A DNA stretch of 64,000 nt, taken from the NCBI GenBank assembly GCA_016748015.1, contig JAAOMT010000139.1:1-64000 (forward strand), read 5' to 3'. The DNA is from Geosiphon pyriformis uo1. Lineage: Eukaryota > Fungi > Glomeromycota. Under the pieces are notes generated by a model. It had not been told where the DNA came from. It ran no database searches and saw only the letters and a program-made list of their open reading frames with translations. This document shows positions 28,701-40,968 of the stretch, one piece after another (position 1 is the first letter of the stretch; the number at the start of each line of letters is the position of its first letter). Position numbers and translations under genes: made by a program.

Positions 28701-30380
28701 ATATTTATTTACTTAAAAAAATTAAAAAATTCAATATTATTTTTTACAATCTTAACAATTATTTTATTATATTAGATAATTATTTAGAAATTAAAATTAT
28801 TTATAGTAATATCTTTTAACAAAAATTACTATAAAAAGTTTTAAATTTTATGAAAATAATTAAATATTTTTTTCCAAAATTCAATATAGCTTTTATTAAT
28901 AAAACTTATCATGTTATTTTTAAGAAATTATTTTAAATTAACATGAAACAATTAAAAACACAACAGCAAAACCAAATTTATTACTTATTATTTTATCAAA
29001 TTATTTGAATTATTATGTAATTAATAATCCAATTTATACAGAATACAAATGTAATCAAATTATAATAATTAAATTATATAATATGTTAAACTATATAATA
29101 TTCAAAATTCACTGAAATATTTAGTAATTTAATAAAATATTTAACAGTTTAATAGAATAATCTATAGTTTATAGAAACAATCTGTAGTTTAATAAAATAT
29201 ATCTTTAATTTTTCAAAATATTAAAAAAAATGTTAAATTATAAAATAATATTACAATAGATTATATAAAAAAAATATATCTTAGTTATAATTATTTTACT
29301 TTAATTTAAGATATTTTTTCTATAAATTAATTCAAATAAAAATTTATTTTGAAAAAAAAATATAAATTCTTTAATAATTATTATTTTAAAAGTGATTAAT
29401 TATTAATTTTAATAATAGTTAGTAATTTCTAAGTTTGAATCTAAAATAATTTTCTTAATATTTTATTTTATTTTATTTTTTTTAGTTTATTTTTTTATAT
29501 TTTTTATATTTTATTATTAAGTAATCTATAATAATAAAGCTTATAGTTGAAATTTTTTGTAAAAAAGGTGACTTTTATTACAAAGTAACTATATAAATAA
29601 TTGACATAAAATTGGTTATTTTATAAGTCTAATAGTATACATAGTTTAAAAATATAAAAAAATATTTTAAAAAAAAATTAGATTATTAAAGATTTATTAA
29701 CTTCTATTAACAAAAAAATTAATAGCAAAATAATATTAACAATATTTAAAAAAAAGTAAAAAAATCTTTAGTAATAATATTTATTTAATTTATATTATAG
29801 AACTTAATTAAACAAAAAATTTATTTGTATTTTATGTAAATTTAATAATTTTTTTATGTATATTTATCTATTAATAATAATATTTACAATTAATTTGATA
29901 ATATTTAAAAATACTAAAATTATACAAAAGCTTTAATAAATAAATTAAAATTCAATAATTTGTTAATTATATAAAATTTGTGTTAATATAATCATAGTTA
30001 AATATTTTTAACATGAACTTTTTACAAATAAATTAAAAAAATTAGCTAATAATAAATATTTTTTTTATTTAAATTGTATAAATTTTTTATTTAAATATTA
30101 ATTTTATTTTTTAATTATTAAAAATTTTAAATATAAATAAATTAAAAACAATTATTATATATAAAATTATTGGCAAAAATCAGATTCTGTTAAATTATTT
30201 CTATTAAATTTTTTAAAAGATGTTAAAAATCAAAAAAATAAAAACTTTTTTCTTTCCTTTATCCAAAATTCCCAAAAAAGAGTCTAAAGTTTTTTCGAAA
30301 AAAGTTTTTTTACCATTCAGTACGATAAATCAAAACCATTTTTCGATTACGAGGCCACTGTTGGCTCTGTTATTGCTGTT

Positions 30381-32181
30381 ATGAAGAAGGCTACCAAAGT
30401 TTCTGGTTCTGAGGGTGGTTTTAAGACAGTTGTATCGAGGAAAAAGAGAAAGGGTGGTGTATTGGCAGAGAGTATTGATAATAGTGAAGTTGCTGATAAA
30501 GCTCTTGGTAATCATTCATGGGATTCTGAGGCAGGTGACACTACTGAATCTGAGAGTATTGACATGAAGGAGGAGTGCTTGGTTGAGGAAACCAGTGTTT
30601 GACTATGGTGAGAATAGTGCTTTCGCAGGAGGGGATCCTGATCAAATGCTTAAGAGTTTGCATATAAAGACCAAAAAGGTGTTAGGGAAGCCTCTGGGTG
30701 TGATTGATTATGATACTGTCGATGTAGATGATGACGTGTTAGATGGTTCCTTCCTTCTCCCACCCCCTTTGCCTATCAAACTGTCTGTTCAAGTGCCTGT
30801 TCGCAAGTCCTTTGCTTTGGATATTGATCTCGTGGCTGTTACTAGGAAATCATCTTAGGAGAAATTAAACTTTGTCAGAAAAATTTTTTCAGATGTAAAT
30901 GGTTTTGGGAGGGCCTCTGCTCCCTCAAAATTTGGTGGAATCATCCAGGCATCTTTCACTTCCGAAAAGGTGATAATGGCAGCTGCTCAATTGACAAATG
31001 ATTATGATGTTGTGGTAAACACTGATCTTAAACGCCCCATCAACAATCGTATGAATTGGACAATTGTATTGAAAGAAATTCCTATGGGAACTTCCATCGA
31101 GGCAGTGCATGCAGCCATTTCTGAATTTGGGCTTATTAAGTCGATCAAAATGCAGTTGGTGGGTCTATGGCAAAAGGCGATCATCGAATTGAAAAATCAA
31201 ATTCAGGCTGATCTCTTGGCAGTTAAGTGGTCTGTTCTTATTGGGAAAAATGCAGTGCGTGTAGCCCGGGCTGATGTTGACAAACAAACGTGGGACACCA
31301 GAGATGAGTTCAGGGCTTTGTTTTATACTCTCCCTATGAGCACCACCACTTATGATCTTTGGAACTTCATTGGTTTGGTTGGTGGAAAAACATGTGTTAT
31401 TGAATGCAGCTCTGTCAGTTATGTCCGAACACACTGTGCCACTGTATGCTTCGATTCTGAGGGTAGTCTTATTCAGGCAATGGCAAACACTTCTGTTATA
31501 AAAGGCATTGGTCTCCATTGGTCTTGTTTGACTGCTGCACTGTGCTCAATTTGCAGAAATTCCAGTTATACTTCTCTCACTTGTCATACTGCTGGTGTAT
31601 TCTCAAGTCCTAGGAGCAAGAGAGCTTCTCTTTCAGCTCAAAATCAGCTTCATCTGGCTAAGATATATGAAAAAAAATCTGCACCCGTTTCTCACCCTTT
31701 GGCTTTCAATGGAAAAATCTGGGCCTCCATGGTTGGTAAACCACTTCCGTTAGCATTATTTAGTGGTTCAGCTCAATCTGGTTCTGTATCTTATGATAAA
31801 CCTCTCCCGACTGTTAGTGGTAAATTGGAAGATCATTTGAAAAATATTGAGAGCAGTCTTGTCAGCCTCGTGAGACAAATTGGTGAGTTGGCTAAGAGGT
31901 TGGACTCATTCGTGCCAGCAGTTTCCCAGCCTAGCCCTGGATGTCAGCTGCTGGTGACCTCCCTATCACAGAATTAAGGGGAGGATATAGTAATGGGAGT
32001 GGGTTTGGATGATGTCACTAGTGACAAGACTGCTGCTGTTACAAGTTCAACTGCCTCACCTGAGGTTGTGAAATTGAAAAACATGTTGGAAAGTCTCTTT
32101 ACTTTGGTCATAAGCCTATCGGTGCACTTGGATAGTTTGGCTTTGACAGGTGGTGCTCTTCCTCTACCTCTTTTTCAATGA
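30381..32181 (+). pseudogene. LINE ORF1
   Basis: Basic N-terminus SRKKRKGG, RRM-like core, degenerate knuckle CSICRNSSYTSLTC, coiled coil. Frameshift ~30600; stops at 30856 and 31975. Confidence 0.9.
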
Positions 32182-35100
32182 GTGGTCTGGTGTGGAAAAT
32201 TGCTACGTGTAATGTTCGTGAATTGAACAATCCTGCGAAGCAAGATGATGTCATTTGTTGGCATAGGAATATGGGCAATTTAGTTTCTATTTTCACTGAG
32301 TCAAAGCTTAAAGGAAAAGTTTGTCCGTGGTTGGCCAACAAATTTGATGGTGTTCGGATTTTTACTTCTGGTCTGGATTTTGGTTCTTCAGGTGCTGAGG
32401 TGTTAATTGTCATGAATTTTTCTTTGGCAAGACACATTTTCAAGATTTTTAAGATGCCCGGCCAGCTCCTCTCCATCAGACTTCTCTTCAAAAATAAACT
32501 TTTGGTTTCTGTTTTGGGTCTCTACACTGGTGCCTCTTCAAGTGTTCAATTTTCATAGACTGACGACATCAATTTTTTGATTGCTAAGGCGGTAAATGAA
32601 TCTTCTTTTGTGGTCTTGGGTGGCGACTTCAATGAGGATGGCATTTGTAAGAGTGCCAGTTTCAAAAAGTGCTTTGATCTGGGTCTGGTTAATGCCTTGG
32701 GTGGAAGTGTGCTTGCAAAGATGCCGACATGAGGTAACTCTCGTGGTGTTGTCAAGACCATTGACTATATGTTTATCTCTTCGAGCTTGGTCAATACTGT
32801 AGTGGATTGTGGTGTGACTGGGGTCGAAGACTTTTTTGATACTGATTATAAGGCTGTTTCTGTTTCTGTGAGTTTGGGTGGCTTGCTTGACTCTTAGCTG
32901 AATTCGATACACAAGCAGACTAATAAAGATCATTGGAAGTTTGATTTCGGGAATGCTGATGAGAAAAGGTGGAACAATTTTAAGGATGCTACATTGGCCA
33001 ATGGCCTAATGTTCTCAAGTGATTTCGCTGCTTCTGCAGAATCTTCAAATTTGGATGCTATATAAGACATTGTATGCAAAGTAGTGATTCTCTCAGCAGT
33101 TGAAACATTCAAAAAGAAATGGTTTAAGAGTTATGATGAGGTTTTTACCAAGAGTTCTTCTAGGTTTCACAAGCTTGAGTTGCTGGTATCCAAGCTGGTT
33201 AAGGTGTCTCGTTTGTTGTCTAGTGTGAAATTTGCATTGTTGTTGAATACATGAGAGAAGCTCAATGTCAATGGTGCTTCAGTGGTGAAGTCTTTATTTT
33301 TTTCAAGCTCCAGTTTTGACAGGATTCGCTCAGCTCTGGCTAAGGCAAGGAAGTCTTACCGCTTTGCTAAGTTGCTGGAATCCAAACGTGCTGAGGAATT
33401 CCATATTAGGGTGGCTATTGATAAAAGAATGAAAAGTTTCAAATCAGACAAGGGTTACACTATCAAGAGTGTTTTGGAGCGTCCCTTTCACAAAGTGGTA
33501 CTGGATCATTTGGTTGTGGGTGACAAGTTGATTTTGGAGCCCAGCTCAGTTAAAGCTAGGGGTGGATGGGATCATGGAAGGCTGGACCAGGAAGCACAAG
33601 GTGGTGCCAGATATCTCCGATATTTGGTCTTGCCAGTACAAGCCTTTGGAGTATGTTTTTGATGATGCATTTTCTGGTGTAATGTGTCCTGTTGGTTTCA
33701 ATAAGTTGTTCAGTGTGGTTTCTGGTCTGTCTGAAGGCAAGGCTGCTAGTCTTTTTGGGATTTCGAATGAGCTCTGGAAACACTATAACAGATCAATTTT
33801 GGACATGCTTTTGGTGCTTTTAAATTCTTGTTTAATTCGTGAGTCAATACCTAGTGCTTAGAAGGAAGCCTGGATCTCAATGATCCCTAAGCTGTATAAG
33901 TGGAAAGGGGTTCTTATGAACATCCGACCTATTGCCTTAATTGAAACTGCCCACAAGATTCTTTCCAAGATTCTTTTAAATAGGATCTCGTTGGCTTATA
34001 GTACTTTTGATGTTCTGCGTGAGGACAATTTTTTGGTTTTAAAGAGTATGACAACACAGTTTCCCATTTTTGCCATTGGTTCGGTTATTGAGGATGCTTT
34101 GGAAAAGAATCGTGAGTTCTGGTTGGTCTTGTAAGACATGCAGAAGGCTTATGATTCTGTTGAATAGGAACACCTTCAGGACAGTTTGGTTAGGATAAAG
34201 ATGTGTAGCAGGTTCATTAGGTTCTTTGGCAGCATCCACAGTGGTCGCATTAACAGAGTTATGATGGATTTTGGTTTGATAGATGGGTACATGGTGCATA
34301 ATAGCTTGGACCAGAGGGAGGTGTTCTCACCACTCCTCTGGCACATATTTTATGATCCCCTTTTGTGTGAAGTTAAGAGATAAGTGAATGGGTGTGGCTA
34401 TAGATTGAATTCTCATTTTATTTCTGGATGTGGTCGTGCTGAGTCTCGGACTGGTGTATCTTTATTTTTTGCAGCGGGTGCCTTTGTTAATGATACTATA
34501 TGGGTTGGCAGCAGTCAAAGTGCCACACAACACATTCTTAATGTTGCTAGTGAATTTTTCAATATTAATGACATCTCGATTAATAATAATAAAACTGTTG
34601 CCATTTCCATCAATTGTGATGGTATGGCTTTCTCTTTGCTGATCAGCGGGTCACCTATTTCTATCACCAAGAAGAGGAAATCACATCACTATTTGGGGAT
34701 CTATTTGTCAACTGAGGGTCTTTCGAAGCCTAGTTTGGCTAAGGTGCATTCTGATGTCTGGTTTTTTTCTAATTTAGTCCTGAAAAAGGCAGTATCTGAT
34801 AAGCAACTTTCATATTTGGTTTCAGCAGTTCTCTTTTCTATCATTGGATATAGAACACAATTCAGTTACATTCCTATTAGTTCTTGTAGAAAGTGGGACA
34901 CTTTGATTTGTAAGGGCTTGAGATCTAAGTCTGGTTTGCCATGTGATTTCTCCAATGATACAATTCATTATCCTTTTCTGTATGGTTTGAAGACTTTTGA
35001 GCAAGTTCAAGTTGAGAGCAAGTTGGCTTTAGTCGTTTCTTTTGCGAACTCTGTTAGAATTTTGGGATGTCTATTTTCTCACTGGTCACATGATCTGCAG

Positions 35101-36867
35101 GTCTTTTGCTGGTGCCCACTACATCCGTTGCAGTGTCCAGTTTGTGTCAAAGTCAATTCTCTAAACAATTTTCTGGTGGGTGTGATGCATATTTTCTCTG
35201 GGTGTGATTTGTTGTTGGGTGGCTCTCTGACTAGTGCTTTTCGTCATCGGAGTGGAACTCCTATGTCTCTTGTTCTTGGTGAATCAAATTATGTCAAGAG
35301 TGTCTCTTCACTTCAGCATTATGGGATTGCTTTTGTAGACCAGCTATGGAACCGAAATGGGACTGTTTTCGAGTGGAAGACCTTCAAATGGTGGAAGCGG
35401 TTAGATCCATATGGTCTGGTTCCTGTCTGGTTTGAGCTGTCAGTTCGTTTTCTTGGTGGCGTGTCTTCTCTTCCTGTCTGCTCCATGTTTTTGGCTGATT
35501 GTGGCTCTTCGGATGTTCTTCGGTCTCATGAGTTTGGCGTCATTGGCGCCAGTTTATTCAATTCTAATGTTGGTCATTTTTCTGTTTACACAGATGGATC
35601 TCTAAGTAATTTAGGGACTGTTGATATAAAAGCTGGGGCTGCTGTTTTCTTTAAGGACATTGGTATGGGTTTGGGTGTAGGGGTATCTGGTTTGATGTTT
35701 TCTATCTTGATGGAACTGCAGACTATTACTCTAGTGCTTGAGTGCGTCCCTTCTTCTCGCTTGGTCGACTTGTTCTCGGATAGTCAGGCTGCTTTGAATG
35801 CTTGCAGATTGGAAATGGAATTGGTTCGCCCAGATTTTAGAAATTGGTGTTGGATTGAATGCTGCCATATTGTTAATGTCATTCATCATAAGAATTTAAA
35901 AGTTAATTGGTGTAAAGTAAAAGGACACTCAGGGGTTTTAGGCAATGAACAAGCTAATAAGTTGGCCAGGACTGCAGCTCTTTCTGGTTGGCATCTGCCC
36001 TATTCTGTCGATGAACGCTATCTTAGGGGTGGGGGAGCAGCCATTTCTAGTAATTCTAGACATTTTGTTTGGGATATTTTTTGGTCAGTTCATCGTGCAC
36101 ATTAGGAGATCAGTTGTGATATGGGAGTGGTGGCAGATAATCTACATACAGATATTGATTGGTTTAGATCATCGCTGGTTTGGCATCCAGATTCTCACAT
36201 GGCTGCTGGCTTCACTAGCAAGTGGACTGTTGGTTTCCGAATTTACTTTATAAAGGCATTACATCATCAGCTCTCTGTTGTCATGCATAAGTGGCTTTAT
36301 GATAAGCAATACCTCAGTGTGATGTGTTTGTTTTGTGGTGATGTCGAGGTCTCAGACCATGTGTTTTCTTGTTCATTTGATGCCAATGGTCGTGCTCAGT
36401 TGTTGAATGCTCATGCAGCAGTTTGGGGTGTGTGCTCTGGTTTGGCTCATTCTTCCTCAGGTGTCTCGCAGCTGATGTCTACTTGTGTATCTGACATTTC
36501 AGTTAGTACTGCTCTATGCAAAGGTTTTGTTTTTAAGGATTGGTTTCATGAGTCTGTTTTTGTCTTTAAGGATTCCAGGATAGCAGGTCAGAATATTGTG
36601 GTCTTTGTGCATGAGTTTAGCTTGGCTTTTTGGGAAGACATTTGGTTGGTTCGTGCCAAGCACCATGCTTTTATGGAAAAGAATGGGTTTATTTTGTGTG
36701 ATGGGTCAGTTCCTGTCTCGATTTCTGGGCTTTCTTTAGGGCTGTCATCTGGTGTGACTCGGCTGCTGGGTGTTGCTGAGGTGATTGGTGTTGGTTTTGG
36801 ATTCTGTAAGTCTTGTTTGTTTTTTTCAGGCATAGAGGATAAGATTTCTGTTCATATAGGTACTTAG
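32178..36867 (+). pseudogene. LINE ORF2 (endonuclease, reverse transcriptase, RNase H, zinc finger)
   Basis: ATCNVRELN, GGDFN, TIDYMF (APE); RPIALIE, DMQKAYDSV, FSPLLW, AFVND (=FVDD) (RT); VYTDGS, FSDSQAAL, KVKGHSG..GNE (RNase H); CLFC..DHVFSC. Many transition-derived stops. Confidence 0.95.
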
Positions 36868-37150
36868 TGTTGTCCTGATTGGTCTGAATGACTGGTCACA
36901 TGTAGATAATGCATGATTTACACCTAGTTTAAATCATTTGTATGATGTATTGCACTAGGCAGTGTTTGGACTTTGCTTGTTAAATGTTAATAAAAAAAAA
37001 AATCAAATCAAATAAATATTAATAATAAAGAAAACTAAATTTTCAAAAAAACCAAAAAATTTGCTAAATTTAAACTAAAACCTAAAAAATTGTAGATTTT
37101 ACTATAAATAAAAACTGCAATAATAATAAATTGCTAAATTTAAGTTCTTT

Positions 37151-38760
37151 TTTTTTTTTTAATATGTTTATTGAGTGAAGTCCAAACACAACCTAAAACC
37201 ATACATCAAATAATTGATCTAAATTAGGCATGAATCATGCACTTTTTACATGTGACTAGCCACTCAGGCCAATCAGAACAACACTATGCACCTATATAAA
37301 CAAAAACCACATCTAAAGTGCCTGAAATGAACAAACTAAATTTGCGCAAACCAAATCTAATGCCCAATGCATCATTAATACCCAACAATCTGACAACTCC
37401 AGCCAAATACAGAGAAGACAGACCAGAAATAGAAACTGGCACAGAACCGTCTCGAGGAATTAACCCATGCTTCTCCATAAAGGCACAATGTTTGACACAG
37501 ACCAACCAAACCTCATCTCTAAAAGCTAAGCAAAAATTACGGACAAAGTCCATAATTTTCGTACCAGCAAGTTTCAGGTCACCAAAAACAGAAACCACCT
37601 CAAAAAACCAATCATTAAAAACAAAGCCTTTGCATAGAGCAACACAGACCGAGATGTTAAGAATACACGAAAAAAGAGTTCGCAGCACACAAGAAGAAGG
37701 GCCATGAAGGCCAGAAATGTCTTTCCATTTAACCACAAAATCACCAAGCAGCTGATCACAATTAGCAAAGTCAGAATCACAAGAAAAAACATGGTCCAAA
37801 ACCTCCACACTTTCACAAAACAAGCAAACCACACTAGAGTAACTCCTATCATAAAGGTGTTTGCGAATGGTCACAGGCAGTCTATAATACAGAGCTTTCA
37901 TAAAATACATGCGCAAGCCAGTAGTTTGAATACTGGTGAAGCCAACAGCCATGTGTGAATCGGGATGCCAGACAGAAGAGGACCTGCGCCAATTGATATC
38001 TGTGAGCAATTCACCAGCAACAACCCTATTATCCGAACTGAAACTCCAACGCGAATGATGAATGGACCGATAAATATCACACACAAAATGCCTAGAATTA
38101 CCTGAAACCAGACTACTACCAGCCAGGATAAACTGCTCGTTCAGCCAGGGGGGAAGAACAAAATCAGAAAAAGCTGTACGGCCAGCCAGATCATTAGCCC
38201 GGTCATTACCTACAACACCAGAATGTCTTTTAATCTTACACCAGCTGACATCCAATCTCTTAGCATGAACAAGACTAGCAATATGATGGTGCTCCATCCA
38301 ACAACTATTCCAAAAATTCGGATGCACAAAACCCAATTCCGACCTGCAAGCGTTCAACGCGGCCTGACTATCTGAAAATAAGCTAACTTTGCTAACTGCA
38401 GGAATACACTCAAGAACAAGTGCAATAGCTTGCAATTCCACCAAAGTAGATGACAACAAACCCAAGACTTTAACACCTAAACCCATATTAATATCATCAA
38501 AGAAAACCACCACACCTGATTTAACACTGAAAGTGCCCAAACCAGTCAAGGATCCATTGGTATAGACCGAAAGGCTATCAGCACCCAATCCCAATAAATG
38601 ATTATGAACCAAATCAAAATCAGTAGATTCCAAGACACTAGGAGTAAAAAAAATGCCTACCGAACAGCTATGAACAGAAGAAAATGACCCTGTACCACCA
38701 AGATAACCAACAGAAACACCAAACCAATCAGGAATGGGGCCACGCAGATCCAGCCTTTTC
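37151..38760 (-). mobile_element. 5'-truncated LINE (RNaseH-CCHC end of ORF2)
   Basis: Exact TSD taagttcttt 37141-37150 / 38761-38770 and poly(T). ORF 37284-38633 is homologous to the C-terminal third of the neighbouring ORF2. Confidence 0.95.
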
Positions 38761-39979
38761 TAAGTTCTTTAAAAGCAAATTTTGGCTAATTTTTAATTAT
38801 ATAAGTCAAAATATTAATAAAAAAAACTGAAAAATTTATGAATATAAAAAAAAAAGATTAATAAAATATTTATTTAAAAATTAAAAATATTATTTATTTA
38901 ATAGTAGATTTTAATACTAAGTAAAATTTAAAATAAATAATATAAAAATAAAAATAAAAATAATTATAGTATTATTAACATGCAAAATAAACATAATAAT
39001 ATAATTTTATTTGGTGTTTAGATAATATAAAAATGAATTTTTTTTTTAATTAATAGATACTTAAATAATTTGTTTTAGTGTTTGAATAATATAAAAACAA
39101 ATAATATAAAAACAGAAACCATAATTTTTTTCTAGCTAATATACTTGGTTTTAATAATATATTAGATATATAAAAGTATTAATTTTATAATATAATATTT
39201 ATGTTTATTAAATTTTTGAATTTAAACATGAATAATTTAGTTTAATTTTATGTTTGGTTTATATAACAATATTAAAATCAAATATTTGTTTTTAATAAAT
39301 CTTTGAATAAAATTAACAAAGAATTAGTTAAAGTTAAAATTGAAATTGATATTAAAATTGAATATATAGATAGTCTTAATAGTAATTTATATGATTTAAA
39401 TAAAGATAGTTACATTTAATTGTTGGCTGGTATTAAATCAAGTGCAGATAAAACTGCCAAATAAATAAGTGGTATTATCATTAAAAGCAGTATGTTGGTT
39501 GCAATAATGCATAAAATGTCTTCTTAAAGTAGGTTTTTTTCTATAGAATCAATGTAGTTTAGTCTAGACTGGGGTTGTGTAAACTACATTTAATTTAAGT
39601 CACTTAGTTTAACCCATTGTATTAGATAGTGGTTGGACTACACGTTAAATAAAAAAATTTTAATTTATTAACAATAATATTTTTACAAACTTTTTAAAAT
39701 CATTAAAGTAATATTATTTGTTAAAAACTACAATTTTTATTTTATTTCATAGAAAAAAGTAAAATATAATATAACAAAAGCTATTTTCTAAAAAAAAGTG
39801 ATTCAAAAAAGTACTAAAATGTTGAAAGGCAAACACTACTTCGAAATTGAAAAGTGATTATTTTAACTTTTAAAAGAAGTTTTAAGAGTAAAATGTTAGT
39901 CACGCTTTATTTGGCGATAGGCAATCATATTCAAACCATTTAATAAGTAAAATTTAAAAATCAATTTGGTTTGAGGAAA

Positions 39980-40968
39980 ATGCCACCTTATAGAAATAAC
40001 AATAATAAACAACCGCCGATTCACGAGCTGGGCATTAGTTCTTTGAAAAAAAAAATACGCGACATTGAGCGTATCTTAAGACTGGTTTGTCACTGACGAC
40101 GACACTTCATTAAGATGACATTTTTCATGATTGAATCTTCTAACCTCATTTCCAAAGGGCACACTTTCCGCCGAAAAACGAGTTTACAGCGAACGAAGTT
40201 TGAAGGCATTAAAACTAAAACTTGTTGAGAAAAAAGCAGATTCAATTGAAAAGCTTATTCACGACAAATATCGCATGGTGAAGTTTTTTGGTTGGTGCGA
40301 CATATTTATTAGATTTTCTAAAATTTTGAATCCCAAATTTTTACATACTATTTATATTTAATTCAAAAAAAATCTTGGGTCAATTTTCTAATAAAAGAAC
40401 GCCAAAAAATCACTCGAAAAATAAAAAAATATGAAAAGGAACTACAAGAGCCTAATCTCTTAAAAGATCAACGAAAAGCTATCTCTGAAAAGTTACTCGA
40501 ACTACAAGCAGATTTGAATTATGTCATCGTATGTCTTAGCTATTCTCATTTAATCATTGCATTGTAAGCATTTTTAACTTTCGAATAACGCAGCATTACC
40601 CGGCACAAAAAAAATATCTGTCTCTCTTTCCAACCGAAGGCGCTGATGACCTTGACATGATTAGGCGACGGAATGAAATCCGAGATCAGATCAGTGATGC
40701 AAAAGATAAAAACAATATTCTCGGATTAAAAAAGAAGCACAGGATGGAGTTGGAAATGCTAGTGTCAAAGAAATTAGAGATGTCCAAGACGAACCAAGTC
40801 AGTGACGATAAAAGACAAAAAGATCAAAAGCAAGGTAGTTTACAAGTTAAGCCTTAGACTCGTTAGGTTGTAAGGTCAACATTACTATCTCAGGCTAAAT
40901 TTTTATATATCTTAACAGCTACAAATTCATCTGATAAGGAGATTCAACAGGATGACTTCTTCGTTTGA
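39980..40968 (+). CDS. EFG1: rRNA-processing protein Efg1 (5 exons)
   Basis: Spliced product LKKKIRDIERIL..KYRMVKFFERQKITRKIKK..DLNYVIHYPAQKKYLSLFP..DDFF. Confidence 0.9.

Larger units (their letters stand above)
22211..29776 (+). mobile_element. Ty3/Gypsy element C: gag-protease-dUTPase, RT/RNaseH/integrase missing; carries the ORF1-only insertion
   Basis: Direct repeats ~22211-22763 and 29231-29776. Gag relic ~23300-23800, knuckle ICYYYKILEY*KHNC ~23897-23945, protease LILNNNFT ~24516, dUTPase ~25790-26190. The frame resumes after 28700 but reaches the LTR within ~500 nt. Confidence 0.8.
30235..37002 (+). mobile_element. Full-length LINE (ORF1; APE-RT-RNaseH-CCHC ORF2), inactivated
   Basis: TSD aaaaatcaaa 30225-30234 / 36998-37007 at a TT/AAAA site. 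Poly(A) 36992-37002. Two ORFs. Confidence 0.95.
850..39800. repeat. AT-rich island of nested, transition-hypermutated retroelements
   Basis: Very low G+C (3 of 60 nt at 1321-1380) and CpG nearly absent. Retroelement proteins become readable when A>G and T>C are reversed. Confidence 0.9.

Noticed and set aside
36875-36920. Hammerhead ribozyme in the LINE tail (ctgaatga)
   Set aside because: Does not fit CUGANGA, sits in a hairpin loop and is not conserved in the other copies.
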